The position numbers and the translations under genes were made by a program. Of a DNA stretch of 64,000 nt, positions 1 to 12,340 are shown piece by piece. Numbering within the stretch: position 1 is the stretch's first letter; every line of letters starts with the position of its first letter. Source of the stretch: Phytohabitans suffuscus (GTDB lineage: Bacteria; Actinomycetota; Actinomycetes; Mycobacteriales; Micromonosporaceae); the NCBI RefSeq assembly GCF_011764565.1, contig NZ_AP022871.1, positions 2,664,320 to 2,728,319 on the forward strand, written 5' to 3'. Under the pieces are notes generated by a model, which searched no databases, was not told the DNA's origin, and saw only the letters and a list, made by a program, of their open reading frames with translations.

Positions 1-204
1 GACCACGTCGAACGCCACGAAGTGCAGCCGGTCCTGTGCCGGCGTGACGATGCCGGCCTGCCGTTCGCCGTAGAAGTCGACCGCACCCGAGGTCCCGGCC
101 GTGGCCGGCTCGTGGTCACGGGTGAGCGCGGCGGCACCGGCCGCCGCCGCACCGGCCCCGACCACCCCGGCGCCGGCCAGGGCGATGACCTTGCGTCGGT
201 TCAC
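1..204 (-). CDS. efeB: Dyp-type peroxidase EfeB, N-terminal fragment (gene runs off the left edge)
   Basis: Reverse complement of 1-204 translates to VNRRKVIALAGAGVVGAGAAAAGAAALTRDHEPATAGTSGAVDFYGERQAGIVTPAQDRLHFVAFDV. This is a twin-arginine signal plus the conserved Dyp/EfeB N-terminus. GTG start at 204 preceded by GGGAGAG; directly downstream of efeO. Confidence 0.6.
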   Translation of the reverse strand, partial: MNRRKVIALAGAGVVGAGAAAAGAAALTRDHEPATAGTSGAVDFYGERQAGIVTPAQDRLHFVAFDVV

Positions 205-228
205 CGCGCTCTCCCTACGTGGCGATGA

Positions 229-1365
229 CTACTTGGCGATGACCGCCGCGACCTTGCTGATCGGCTCGGCCAGCGCGTTGATCGAGTCGGACAGTTCCTT
301 CAGCTCGTCCTGGTCGAGCTGGTTGTGCAGCTTCCAGCCGTCGCCGGCCCGGTGCCTGCCCAGCGTCGTCTCCACGTTGGCGAACTCGGTGTCAAGCTGC
401 TTGACCAGGTCGGGCGCCCGCTGCTCCAACGCGGGACGCAGCGCCGCGATCGCCGCCTTCGAGCCCTCCAGATTGGCGGCGAAGTCCCACAGGTCGGTGT
501 GCGAGTAGCGGTCCTCCTCACCCGTGATCTTCCCGCTGGCCACCTCGTCGAGCAGCTCCTTGGCACCGTTGGCCAGCTGCAGCGGGGAGAGCTTCTCCGC
601 GTTCGCCCTGGCCACGACCTCGTCGATGTCGGCCATCAGGCGGTCGGCCAGCGGCCCATCCTTGGAGATGTCACCGGTCGTCCACAGGTCCTTCTCGATC
701 CGGTGGAACCCGGTGAACTCCATACCCTCCTCGATGACCTCCTCACGACCGTCGATCTTCGGGTCGAGGTCACCGAAGATCTCCGCGACCGGCTCGATCC
801 GCTCCCAGTACGTACGCGCGACCGGGAACAACTCCTTGGACCTCGCGACGTCACCGGCCTTGACCGCCGTCACGAACTCCCGGGTCTTCTCCAGCAACGC
901 GGCGGTCTGGCTCCTGACGTACCGCTGGTAGCTCTCGGTAGCCGCGGCGAGCGCGGCGTCCGCGGTCAACGGCACGGCCGACCCGTTCACCTTCAGCGCC
1001 CCACGGATGCCCTTGCCCACCATGCCCGGCTTACACGCCGTCTCGTAGCTGCCCGCCGGCAACTCGACGTGCAGCTCACGACTCAGGCCCGGCGCGATGT
1101 TCTCCACCTCGCCCATCACCCGGTCACCCTGCGCATACACGTAAAACTCCGTGACCTTGACACCCTTGTTGGTCACCCTGAAGATCACCGTGCCGGCATC
1201 GACGTCGGTCCTGGCGACCTCACACACACTGTCCGTCGCGTTGACCGCGATCGGGCCGCCGCCGGCGGCCTCCCCGCCGGAGCCGGCATCGTCCGAACAA
1301 GCGGCGAGGACACCACCGGCCAGCGCACCGGCCGCGGCGAGGGCGAGGATTCTGTGAGTACGCAT
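229..1365 (-). CDS. efeO: Iron uptake system lipoprotein EfeO (cupredoxin-like + M75-like domains)
   Basis: 378-aa ORF with lipoprotein signal (LAAC). It sits between efeU and efeB in canonical efeUOB order. Confidence 0.75.
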   Translation of the reverse strand: MRTHRILALAAAGALAGGVLAACSDDAGSGGEAAGGGPIAVNATDSVCEVARTDVDAGTVIFRVTNKGVKVTEFYVYAQGDRVMGEVENIAPGLSRELHVELPAGSYETACKPGMVGKGIRGALKVNGSAVPLTADAALAAATESYQRYVRSQTAALLEKTREFVTAVKAGDVARSKELFPVARTYWERIEPVAEIFGDLDPKIDGREEVIEEGMEFTGFHRIEKDLWTTGDISKDGPLADRLMADIDEVVARANAEKLSPLQLANGAKELLDEVASGKITGEEDRYSHTDLWDFAANLEGSKAAIAALRPALEQRAPDLVKQLDTEFANVETTLGRHRAGDGWKLHNQLDQDELKELSDSINALAEPISKVAAVIAK

Positions 1366-1383
1366 CGTGCGGTCTCCTTGCGG

Positions 1384-2265
1384 TCAAGCTGCCTGCGGCG
1401 CCGCGGGCGCCGGGCTCTCCGGGGAAGGCTTGGGTGGTCCCGGCCGCTTGCGGCCGGGGAGGAGAAAGAGCAGCAGCACGGGTACGCCGTACGCGAGCCA
1501 GGCGACGACCTCCAGCACGCTGGGTGCCGGGGTGACGTTGAACATGCCGGCCAGCAGTGCCGCGTACCAGGTCGACGGGTCGAGGGTGCCGCTGATGTCG
1601 TACGCGAGCGTGTTGAGGCCGGGCAGGATGTCGGCCTCCTGGAAGTCGTGCACGCCGTACTTGAGGATGCCGGCCGCGACCAGCACCAACAGCACTCCGG
1701 TCCAGGTGAAGAAGCGGGTGAGGTTGATCCGGACCGCGCTGGCGTAGAGCAGGACGCCGATCACGATCGAGGTGAGGATGCCGCCCAGGATCGCGAGGAG
1801 CGGGCTGGTGTCGCTGCTCGCACCCTGTACGGCCGCGAAGAACAGCAGCGCGGTCTCCAGCCCTTCGCGGACCACGGCCAGCAACGCGAACAGGACGACC
1901 GCGATCGGCCCGACGGCGATCGCGCGGTCGAGGCCCTCGCGCAGCTCACCCGCGATCGAACGGGCGGCCCGCCGCATCCAGAAGATCATCCAGGTGACGA
2001 AGCAGACCGCCGCGATCGACGTGATCGCCTCGAACAGCTCCCGGTCCCGGTAGTCGGCCAGCAACGTGGTCCGCGTGTACGTCAGCAGGGCGCCGAAGCC
2101 GACCGAGAGCGCCACGGCCACGGTGACGCCGAGGGCGACCCAGGGCAGGCGGTTGCGCCGGTCCGACTTGACGAGGAAGGCGACGAGGATGCTGACCACC
2201 AGCGTGGCCTCAAGCCCCTCGCGTAGCCCGATGAGGTACGTCGCGAACAGAGGGTTGTCGCCCAT
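1384..2265 (-). CDS. efeU: FTR1-family ferrous iron permease EfeU
   Basis: Two REGLE motifs (LREGLEATL, VREGLETAL), polytopic membrane protein, 293 aa. Confidence 0.8.
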   Translation of the reverse strand: MGDNPLFATYLIGLREGLEATLVVSILVAFLVKSDRRNRLPWVALGVTVAVALSVGFGALLTYTRTTLLADYRDRELFEAITSIAAVCFVTWMIFWMRRAARSIAGELREGLDRAIAVGPIAVVLFALLAVVREGLETALLFFAAVQGASSDTSPLLAILGGILTSIVIGVLLYASAVRINLTRFFTWTGVLLVLVAAGILKYGVHDFQEADILPGLNTLAYDISGTLDPSTWYAALLAGMFNVTPAPSVLEVVAWLAYGVPVLLLFLLPGRKRPGPPKPSPESPAPAAPQAA

Positions 2266-2282
2266 GGCGTGGCTCCGGATCC

Positions 2283-2301
2283 TTAGGCACCCCTAACTTA
2301 G
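2283..2301. promoter_or_regulatory. Candidate IdeR/DmdR-type iron box immediately upstream of efeU
   Basis: TTAGGCACCCCTAACTTAG sits 18 nt upstream of the efeU start. It matches the outer halves of the iron-box consensus TTAGGTTAGGCTAACCTAA in about 12 of 19 positions. Weak match, by eye only. Confidence 0.25.
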
Positions 2302-2435
2302 GGCAGCCACACCTTCCCTCCTCGGCTGGGCGGGAGTCAAGCCGGAGCCCTGTGACGCACACCGCCCCGCCCCGCCCCGCCCCGAAAATGCGATCAGGGC
2401 GGCCCGAGAGGGACCGCCCTGAGTATCTATCTGCG

Positions 2436-2651
2436 TCAGGACCGCGGCTGGTCGATCTCCCCTGTCCGAACGTCAGCCACGAACCGCTGCCAGGAACCGG
2501 CGGAAAAGCGCAGGACGGGGCCTCGCGGGTCCTTGGAGTCACGCATGGCGACCGCGCTGGAGCTCACGAACGCCACCTCGACGCAGGCGCCATTGCCCGC
2601 GCTGCGGCTGCTCTTGAACCAGAGCAGCCCATCGTTGAACGCAGGGAACAT
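2436..2651 (-). CDS. DUF397 domain protein
   Basis: WFKSSRSAGNGACVEVAF...RDSKDPRGPVLRF signature; immediately downstream of its usual XRE/DUF5753 partner. Confidence 0.7.
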   Translation of the reverse strand: MFPAFNDGLLWFKSSRSAGNGACVEVAFVSSSAVAMRDSKDPRGPVLRFSAGSWQRFVADVRTGEIDQPRS

Positions 2652-2687
2652 TTCCCCGGTACTTCCTCTCTCGGAATGGTTCGTTGA

Positions 2688-3539
2688 TCAACCGTCGCCG
2701 CGCGCGACCGAGACGATGAAGTCCACCGACTTCCTCGGGTCGAGCGCGGCAGCGCGTAGCGACTCGAAGCTCATCCAGTAGCTCCGTAGCTCGTCCGAGC
2801 GGCTGCGGAAGACGCCGCCGGTCATGCCTTCGCTGTAAACGAGCGGATGCTCTCCGTCCCGGCCGAACTCGAGGATGATGAACGATCCCGCCAAGGCACG
2901 GTGAGCACCGGCCGAAAAGGGGAGGACCTGGATCGTTATCATCGTTCGTTCACTGGCCTCCGCCAGGCCCGTGAGCTGGCGGCGCATGACGTCCAGACCG
3001 CCGATCTGGCGGCGCAGGACCGCCTCGTCAAGGATCACGGACAGGTCGGGCGGCGGATCGCGCGTCAACACTGCCTGACGTGCCATCCGTACGGCCACCC
3101 GCTGGCCGTGCACCTCGTCGTCTTCGTAGATGCCGTCCGCCTGGATGACTGCGCTCGCGTACTCGGCGGTCTGCAACAGGCCCGGCACGATCTGTGCCTC
3201 GTAGTTGTAGATGCCGACCGCTTCCGCCTCGAACCCGATGTATGTCTCGTAGGCGTTCGGCAGGATGTCGCCGTACGCCTCCCACCACGCTCGCTGCCGG
3301 GACTGACCCGCGAGCGCCCGGATCCGTACCCGGGCGTCTTCGGCGACGTCGTACACCTCGAGCAGCCGGTCCAGGTCTTTGGGCCGGACGCCCGTGTGGG
3401 CGGTCTCGATGCGGCTCAGCTTGGATTCTGACCAGCCGAGCTCAGCGGCCACGTCCGCCACCGTGCGGTCGGCACGCAAACGGCGCAACTCGGCGCCCAG
3501 TTGCCGTCGCAGGGTCGTCGGGCTTGGCTTCACTGCCAT
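2688..3539 (-). CDS. XRE-family HTH regulator with DUF5753 C-terminal domain
   Basis: N-terminal HTH (LRRLRADRTVADVAAELGWSESKLSRIE) and the long C-domain typical of the actinomycete DUF397 partner. I chose the internal ATG at 3539 (MAVKPS...) over the ORF-track start at 3605. Confidence 0.7.
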   Translation of the reverse strand: MAVKPSPTTLRRQLGAELRRLRADRTVADVAAELGWSESKLSRIETAHTGVRPKDLDRLLEVYDVAEDARVRIRALAGQSRQRAWWEAYGDILPNAYETYIGFEAEAVGIYNYEAQIVPGLLQTAEYASAVIQADGIYEDDEVHGQRVAVRMARQAVLTRDPPPDLSVILDEAVLRRQIGGLDVMRRQLTGLAEASERTMITIQVLPFSAGAHRALAGSFIILEFGRDGEHPLVYSEGMTGGVFRSRSDELRSYWMSFESLRAAALDPRKSVDFIVSVARGDG

Positions 3540-3696
3540 CGTGGATACCGTACACGCAAGCGGCACAGCCAGGTTGCAACAAGTTGACGTCAGATGCACT
3601 TGCATCTGTGACGCGTGCCATGCACTCTATGGATGTACGACGACAACGGAGTCGACGCGCAGCCACCGAGTCGGGTGAATTCCGAGGGAGGCAGCC

Positions 3697-4005
3697 GTGC
3701 TGGACGAGCAGACGTTGGTCCCCGAGCTTCCTGAGCTGCCCTGGCAGCTGCGACTCGGCCTGGTGTTCGTCGACGAGAAGCCCCTCCTCTTCGCCTTCTA
3801 CCGGCGCGACGAGGAAGGTTCGGGCGGGCGCGTGGTCGCCTGGCTGATGGTTCTCCCCGGCGACCACGTGGTGCTGATCCCGGTCGACGGGACGCCGAGC
3901 CGCCCGATCGTCACGACGCTGGTAAGCGTGCGGCGGCGGTGGCTCCGGCTGTTCGAGTCAGAACTTGTACAGGTCGTAGGACCGCAGACCCAGCACATGC
4001 TCTGA
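3697..4005 (+). CDS. Hypothetical small protein, divergent from the XRE regulator
   Basis: GTG at 3697 preceded by GAGGGAGG at 5-nt spacing; 102 aa; no recognisable motif. Confidence 0.4.
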   Translation: MLDEQTLVPELPELPWQLRLGLVFVDEKPLLFAFYRRDEEGSGGRVVAWLMVLPGDHVVLIPVDGTPSRPIVTTLVSVRRRWLRLFESELVQVVGPQTQHML

Positions 4006-4156
4006 TCGAGCGAACAGGGACTGGACGGCGGGTCGGTGGCGGCAAACACCGGCCCGCCGCTCCTTGTCCCGACCTCACCTTTTGTCCCGACTTCACCTTC
4101 CGCCAGAGCCGTTGCGTCAGCCAGAGCCGTTACCTTCGGCCAGTACCGTTGCGGGG

Positions 4157-4312
4157 GTGAAGGTGCTCCTCCCCTGGCTCGCCGTGCTGGCCGTGGTCCT
4201 GCTGCTCGACGCGATGCACCTCAGCTTCCTGGCCACCGCCGTCGCCGTGAGCTGGCTGGTCTACTGCGTCTGGACCTGGGTCCGCCCGAAAAGCCGAAAT
4301 CGGGCCGGCTAG
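4157..4312 (+). CDS. Possible small membrane peptide (about 51 aa)
   Basis: Hydrophobic stretch LLPWLAVLAVVLLLDAMHLSFLATAVAVSWLVYCVW; weak start context; ends just before a palindromic hairpin. Speculative. Confidence 0.15.
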   Translation: MKVLLPWLAVLAVVLLLDAMHLSFLATAVAVSWLVYCVWTWVRPKSRNRAG

Positions 4313-4326
4313 CAGCCGGCCCGATT
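4298..4326. terminator. Bidirectional stem-loop between the small + ORF and the ahcY 3' end
   Basis: Perfect inverted repeat aatcgggccggct / agccggcccgatt with a 3-nt loop; no T-tract. Confidence 0.4.
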
Positions 4327-4339
4327 CCCGTGGCTCAGC

Positions 4340-5833
<1,494 letters not shown>

Positions 5834-6197
5834 GAAAGCTCCTGTCGAACGCGTCCGTTGCAACGACCACACACCATACGCGGACGAGTGAGCGGAGCGA
5901 GCGCGACCCAACTCAACCCCTGGGCACAGCAGGTAGCGCGCGGGGCGGCGGGTCATGAGCGGTTTTTCCGCTCAACTCCCACCGCCCCGCGCATCCCCCC
6001 GGTTTGGTTCCCCCGCGCGTGACTCGGACCTTAGGTCGCGATAACGCTGCGTGGTTATAGCGTTACATTGCGCTACAGCAGTGTCAAGCTAATCAGGAAA
6101 TTTCTTGATATGCGCCGCTGTGCTGATGGCGCAAACGCCCAGGTGGGGGCGGATACCGCCCAGAGTGGCAGGCCCGCAGCAGGCTACAAGGTCAAAC

Positions 6198-7301
6198 CTA
6201 CGTCGGCACCGACGCGACGTACGCCTCTCCGGCACCTTCGAACGCGAGCGTGGCCTGACCGTCCGCGGCGAAAGCGGCCTCCCCACCGGCCAGCTCGACC
6301 GCGCCGGCACCGTCGTCGACAGCGAGGTCACCGGCGAGGCAGAGCACCGTGCGCGGCCCGCGCACCGGCAGGGTGAGCGCGCCGCCGGCGTCGGCCGGAC
6401 GCACCCGGTGCAGGGCGAACTCCGCGACCGGCGCGGGCCAGGTCACGATCCCGGGCGCCACCGGCTCGGCCCGGACGACGGGGTCGGCCAGCACCTCGAA
6501 GCGGAGCACCTGGAGCAGCTCGGCCACGTCGACGTGCTTGGGCGTGAGGCCGCCGCGCAGCACGTTGTCGCTGGCCGCCATGATCTCCACGCCGGCGCCT
6601 TCGAGGTACGCGTGCAGGTTGCCGGCCGGCATCCAGATCGCCTCGCCGGGCGCGAGCGTCAGCTGGTTGAGCAGCAGCGCCACGAGCACGCCGGGATCGC
6701 CCGGGTAGGCGGCGGCCAGCCGGCGGACGAGCGCGGGCGCGTCCGGCGCCGCCGCGGCCTCGGTGACCACGGCGGCGGGCAGTGCGACCAGGCCGGCCAC
6801 CGCCGCGCGCAGGTCGCCGCGGCCGAGGGCGGACAGGACCGGACCGAGCGCCGGCAGGTCCAGAGTGGACAGCGCGGCCGCCGACGCCGCCGGGTCGCGA
6901 AACCCGCACAGCGCCTCGAACTGCGACACCGCCACGAGCATCTCCGGCTTGTGGTAGGCGTCGACGTAGCTCGGATGCCCGGCCGCGAACCGCTCCCGTG
7001 CCCGCTCCGCGTCGGGGTGCGCCTGAAGCGACAGCGGCGCGGCGGCGGCGAGCACCTTCAGCAGGTACGGCAGCCGCGGCCCGAACCGCCCCGCGACCTC
7101 GCCGCCGAGCAGGCGCTCCGGCTCGGCGGCGATCAGGTCGGCCAGGCTCGCCCCGTCGACCGTGGCCGGGGCGCCCGGGTGGGCGCCCAGCCACAGCTCC
7201 GCCTCCGGCCCCTCGCTGGGGACCGGCCGGCCCTGCAGGCGCGCGAGCACGGTCCGCGAGCCCCAGGCGTACGGACGGACGCGTCCCGACAGGCGACGCA
7301 C
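6198..7301 (-). CDS. manA: Mannose-6-phosphate isomerase, type I
   Basis: YAWGS, LSLQAHP and EAIWMPAGNLHAY motifs. Confidence 0.8.
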   Translation of the reverse strand: MRRLSGRVRPYAWGSRTVLARLQGRPVPSEGPEAELWLGAHPGAPATVDGASLADLIAAEPERLLGGEVAGRFGPRLPYLLKVLAAAAPLSLQAHPDAERARERFAAGHPSYVDAYHKPEMLVAVSQFEALCGFRDPAASAAALSTLDLPALGPVLSALGRGDLRAAVAGLVALPAAVVTEAAAAPDAPALVRRLAAAYPGDPGVLVALLLNQLTLAPGEAIWMPAGNLHAYLEGAGVEIMAASDNVLRGGLTPKHVDVAELLQVLRFEVLADPVVRAEPVAPGIVTWPAPVAEFALHRVRPADAGGALTLPVRGPRTVLCLAGDLAVDDGAGAVELAGGEAAFAADGQATLAFEGAGEAYVASVPT

Positions 7302-7305
7302 GGCG

Positions 7306-8262
7306 TCAGCCCGCGGCGGGCGCCGGCTCGGTGGCCGGCGACGCCGGGACGTGGTAGATGTCGGGCTCCAGGTAGATCACCCGGGCGATCGGCACGGCCT
7401 CGCGGATGCGGGCCTCGGTGGCGTTGATGTGCCGCGCGATGTCTTCGCCGGTCTCGTGCTCGCGTACCGCGATCTTCGCCGCCACGAGCAGCTCCTCCGG
7501 GCCGAGGTGCAGCGTCTTCATGTGGATGACCCGCTCGACCTCGGGACCGGCGGTGATCGCGGCCTCGATCCTGGCCTGGTCTTCCGGGGTGGCGCTCTCG
7601 CCCAGCAGCAGGCTCTTGGTCTCCAGCGCCAGCACGACCGCGATCGTGACCAGCAGGATGCCGATGGCCGCGGTGCCGAGCGCGTCCCAGGTGCCGTCAC
7701 CGGTGATCAGCGTCATCGAGACACCGATGAGCGCGAAGATCAGACCGACCAGCGCGCCGAGGTCTTCCAGCAGTACGACCGGCAGCTCAGGCGCCCGGGC
7801 GCGGCGGACGAAGTGCACCCACGACGCCTTGCCGCGCACGAGGTTGGACTCGACGATCGCGGTACGGAACGAGAACGACTCCATGACGATGGCCGCCGAG
7901 AGCACGACCAGCGGCACCCATTGCCAGCTCTCGATGCCCTCGTGGCGGTGGCCCCACTTGTGGTACGCCTCGTAGAGCGCGAAGCAGCCACCGAGGCTGA
8001 AGAGCACGATCGACACGATGAACGCGTAGATGTAGCGCTCCCGGCCGAAGCCGAAGGGGTGCTGCGGCGTGGCCACCCGCCGCGCGCGCCGGCCGCCGAG
8101 CAGCAGCAGCGCCTGGTTGCCCGAGTCGGCCACCGAGTGGATCGCCTCGGCCAGCATCGACGAGGACTGGGTGAGCAACCACGCGATGAACTTCGTGACC
8201 GCGATGCCCAGGTTTGCCAGCAGCGCCGCGACAATCGCCTTAGTGCCGCCGGAGGTACTCAC
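7306..8262 (-). CDS. Cation diffusion facilitator (CDF) family transporter
   Basis: Six-TM N-domain with HSVADSGNQ and a C-terminal cytoplasmic domain; 318 aa. Confidence 0.8.
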   Translation of the reverse strand: MSTSGGTKAIVAALLANLGIAVTKFIAWLLTQSSSMLAEAIHSVADSGNQALLLLGGRRARRVATPQHPFGFGRERYIYAFIVSIVLFSLGGCFALYEAYHKWGHRHEGIESWQWVPLVVLSAAIVMESFSFRTAIVESNLVRGKASWVHFVRRARAPELPVVLLEDLGALVGLIFALIGVSMTLITGDGTWDALGTAAIGILLVTIAVVLALETKSLLLGESATPEDQARIEAAITAGPEVERVIHMKTLHLGPEELLVAAKIAVREHETGEDIARHINATEARIREAVPIARVIYLEPDIYHVPASPATEPAPAAG

Positions 8263-9443
8263 GGGTTGCTCAGCTCCTTCATCTCTGTGACGGCCGGGAC
8301 GGCCATCGGGTCGAGTCCGTGCGCGAGAGCGAGGTAGATCGAGGCGAAGTCGGGGACGGCGACCAGCGAGGCGAGGCGCTCCAGCGGCGAGCCGCCCTCG
8401 GCGGTGACCACGTCGCAGCGCACGCCACGCCGCTCGGCGAGCGTCTGCACCGCGTCGGCCCGCCGCTCCTCGACCGCGACGGGCTCGTCGGTGTCCTCCT
8501 CGTTGCCGAGGCCGCCGTCCCGGAGCAGCACGACCCGCAGCCGGGTCGCCTCCTGCTCGTCCTCCGGGTCGGCGAAGATGTCACGGGACGACTCCACCAG
8601 GCCGCCGAAGACGCCGTCGAGCAGGCCGACGCGGCCACGGCCGGCCTCGCCGAGCGCGCCGGCGACCACGGGGTAGCGGGCGTTCGCGGAGATCGTGTCG
8701 GCGAAGCGGCGGGCGGCCACGGAGGCCAGCGGCGAGGAGCCCCACACGATCGGCACCGAACCGGCCAGGCCGAGCGCGAGCGACTTGGCCGGGTTGACGA
8801 ACGACTCTGCCGTCGGGCGGCAGCGGTCGGCGTCCGCGTCGAGCCGGGCCGCGGTCTCCGCCAGGTCCGCCTCGTTGACCTTGACCAGGCCGAACGAGCG
8901 GGCGGCGAGCAGCACCGGAACGGTGAGCCCCCACAGGCTCGCGCGGGCCGGCGCGCGGCGCGGCACCGGGATGAACGGCGCCCGGGCGCTCTCCGCGACC
9001 GACTGGAGCAGCGAGTCGGGTGCGCCGACCGCCACGAGGCGGGCACCCCGGCGGGCGGCGGCCTCGGCGGCGCCGAGCGCTTCGGGGCTGCGGCCGGAGG
9101 CGCTGACCGCGATCACCACGTCGGCGGCGCCGACCCAGCCGGGCACGCCGGCGCTGCGGTGGGCGATCACGGGTACGGGGCAGCGCGGCCCGGCGACGGT
9201 GGCCAGGATCTCGCCGGTGCGGCCGGCGGTGCCGATGCCCGCGATCACCACGGCGCGGGGGCGGCCCTCGTCGCTGAGCGCGGCCAGGTTGGCCTCCGCG
9301 GCGAGCGCGGCCGACTCGCGGACCTGCGCTCCGGCGGACGCGGTCGCCCGCAGCATGCCGCCCGGGTCGTTCTCCTCGATGCCGGCCGCGTCGTCCAGCA
9401 GGGACTCGTCGACGGTGCGCCGGCCCCGTACTCCAGCGCTCAT
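8259..9443 (-). CDS. SIS-domain protein conserved between manA and manB in actinobacteria
   Basis: Tandem SIS-like sugar-isomerase folds (VVIAGIGTAGRTGE...AVSASGRSPE); synteny with manA. Confidence 0.7.
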   Translation of the reverse strand: MSAGVRGRRTVDESLLDDAAGIEENDPGGMLRATASAGAQVRESAALAAEANLAALSDEGRPRAVVIAGIGTAGRTGEILATVAGPRCPVPVIAHRSAGVPGWVGAADVVIAVSASGRSPEALGAAEAAARRGARLVAVGAPDSLLQSVAESARAPFIPVPRRAPARASLWGLTVPVLLAARSFGLVKVNEADLAETAARLDADADRCRPTAESFVNPAKSLALGLAGSVPIVWGSSPLASVAARRFADTISANARYPVVAGALGEAGRGRVGLLDGVFGGLVESSRDIFADPEDEQEATRLRVVLLRDGGLGNEEDTDEPVAVEERRADAVQTLAERRGVRCDVVTAEGGSPLERLASLVAVPDFASIYLALAHGLDPMAVPAVTEMKELSNP

Positions 9444-9643
9444 TTGTCGCCTTCAGGGGTGCGTGCCTCGTCCAGCAGCAGCACCGGGATGCCGTCGCGC
9501 ACCTCGAAGATCCGCCCGCACTCGGTGCAGGTCAGGGTCTCGGCGGCGGCGTCGTACTCCAGCGGTGCGTGATGCGTGTCCGGGCACGCGAGGATCTCCA
9601 GCAACTGCGTGTCCAGAGACACCGGACGCTCCTTCCAAAGCAC
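9440..9643 (-). CDS. Trm112-family small protein (DUF343)
   Basis: 67 aa with LEILACP...[18 protein letters not shown] zinc-ribbon-like Trm112 signature; ATGA overlap with the SIS gene. Confidence 0.65.
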   Translation of the reverse strand: MLWKERPVSLDTQLLEILACPDTHHAPLEYDAAAETLTCTECGRIFEVRDGIPVLLLDEARTPEGDK

Positions 9644-9722
9644 TGTGCTCCCGCGCTGGTTGGGGGTCGCGGGCCCGCGGCCCGCCCGCCAGCGCCCAAG
9701 GTATCGGGGTGCTGCGATGATC

Positions 9723-10502
9723 CTAAACGTCGCCGGGCAGGCCGGCCGGCAGCGTGGTGAGCAGCCGTTCCACGTAGTCGGCGGTGTCCTGCCAGCGGGT
9801 TACCGCCACGCACCGGATACCCATCGCCTTGACCGGGTAGTCGTTGCCACCCTCGTCGAGGCGGTCGCCGACGAAGAGCACGTCCTCGTTGGTCAGTCCG
9901 AGGTGCTGGACCAGCTTGGTCATCCCGTACGCCTTGTCGACGCCCTTCTTGGTCACGTCGACCGACGTCGAGCCGCCGCTGCGCACCTCCAGGTCGGGCA
10001 GCCGGGCCGCGGCGTAGTCGCGCAGCGCGCCCTTCTTGGCGCCGTCCGGGTCCCACGCGTACTTGGCGTCGACCGGCGCGCGCTGCCCCAGCGCGGAGAA
10101 CGTCACCTGGCTGCCGCGGTCTTCGATGATCTCGCCCCACGGCTCGGGCTCCCAGATGCCGAGCGCCTTCGCCCCCTCGACCAGCACCGAGACGATCCGC
10201 TCCTTGGCCTCGTCGCTGAGATCCTCGGCGTAGACCAGGCCCCAGCCCTCGCCGATCCAGCGGTAGTAGCGGGTGCCGCAGGTGGGCATCAGGTGCAGCC
10301 GGTCACGCACGGCGGCGTCGAGGTCGAGGTGGCGCAGCACCTGGGTGTCGAACTGCTCGAACCGCCCGCCCGAGATGACGCAGACGTCCACCTGGGCCAG
10401 CAGCTCGGCCAGGAGCTTCGCCATGCGGTCGTCGATCTGGGACTTCGACACGGCGAGTGTGTCGTCGAGGTCGAATGCCACGACTCGAATGTTCCCCGCC
10501 AA
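9723..10502 (-). CDS. HAD-IIB family hydrolase (eukaryotic-type phosphomannomutase-like)
   Basis: FDLDDTL motif I, later [12 protein letters not shown] motif; 259 aa; TTG start assumed. Confidence 0.6.
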   Translation of the reverse strand: MAGNIRVVAFDLDDTLAVSKSQIDDRMAKLLAELLAQVDVCVISGGRFEQFDTQVLRHLDLDAAVRDRLHLMPTCGTRYYRWIGEGWGLVYAEDLSDEAKERIVSVLVEGAKALGIWEPEPWGEIIEDRGSQVTFSALGQRAPVDAKYAWDPDGAKKGALRDYAAARLPDLEVRSGGSTSVDVTKKGVDKAYGMTKLVQHLGLTNEDVLFVGDRLDEGGNDYPVKAMGIRCVAVTRWQDTADYVERLLTTLPAGLPGDV

Positions 10503-10562
10503 CAGAAGCCTCCCACGCGACTACGATCGAACCCGCTTCCCAACTTCCCGAGAGGATACGTC

Positions 10563-12217
<1,655 letters not shown>

Positions 12218-12340
12218 GGCCCGCGCGACCGCGGAGGGTGAGGCCGCGGGAAAGCAGCTCCACCGCGCTCCACGTTTCCCCGGGGGCCCCCGCGCAACGG
12301 TCCGGACCACCGCGGACGTCGCGGTAGCTCGGATCCCGGT

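Noticed and set aside
5834-6197. SAH riboswitch in the ahcY leader
   Set aside because: Expected on biological grounds, but I could not match the leader to the SAH-element consensus by eye. Left as an unverified possibility and not called as a feature.
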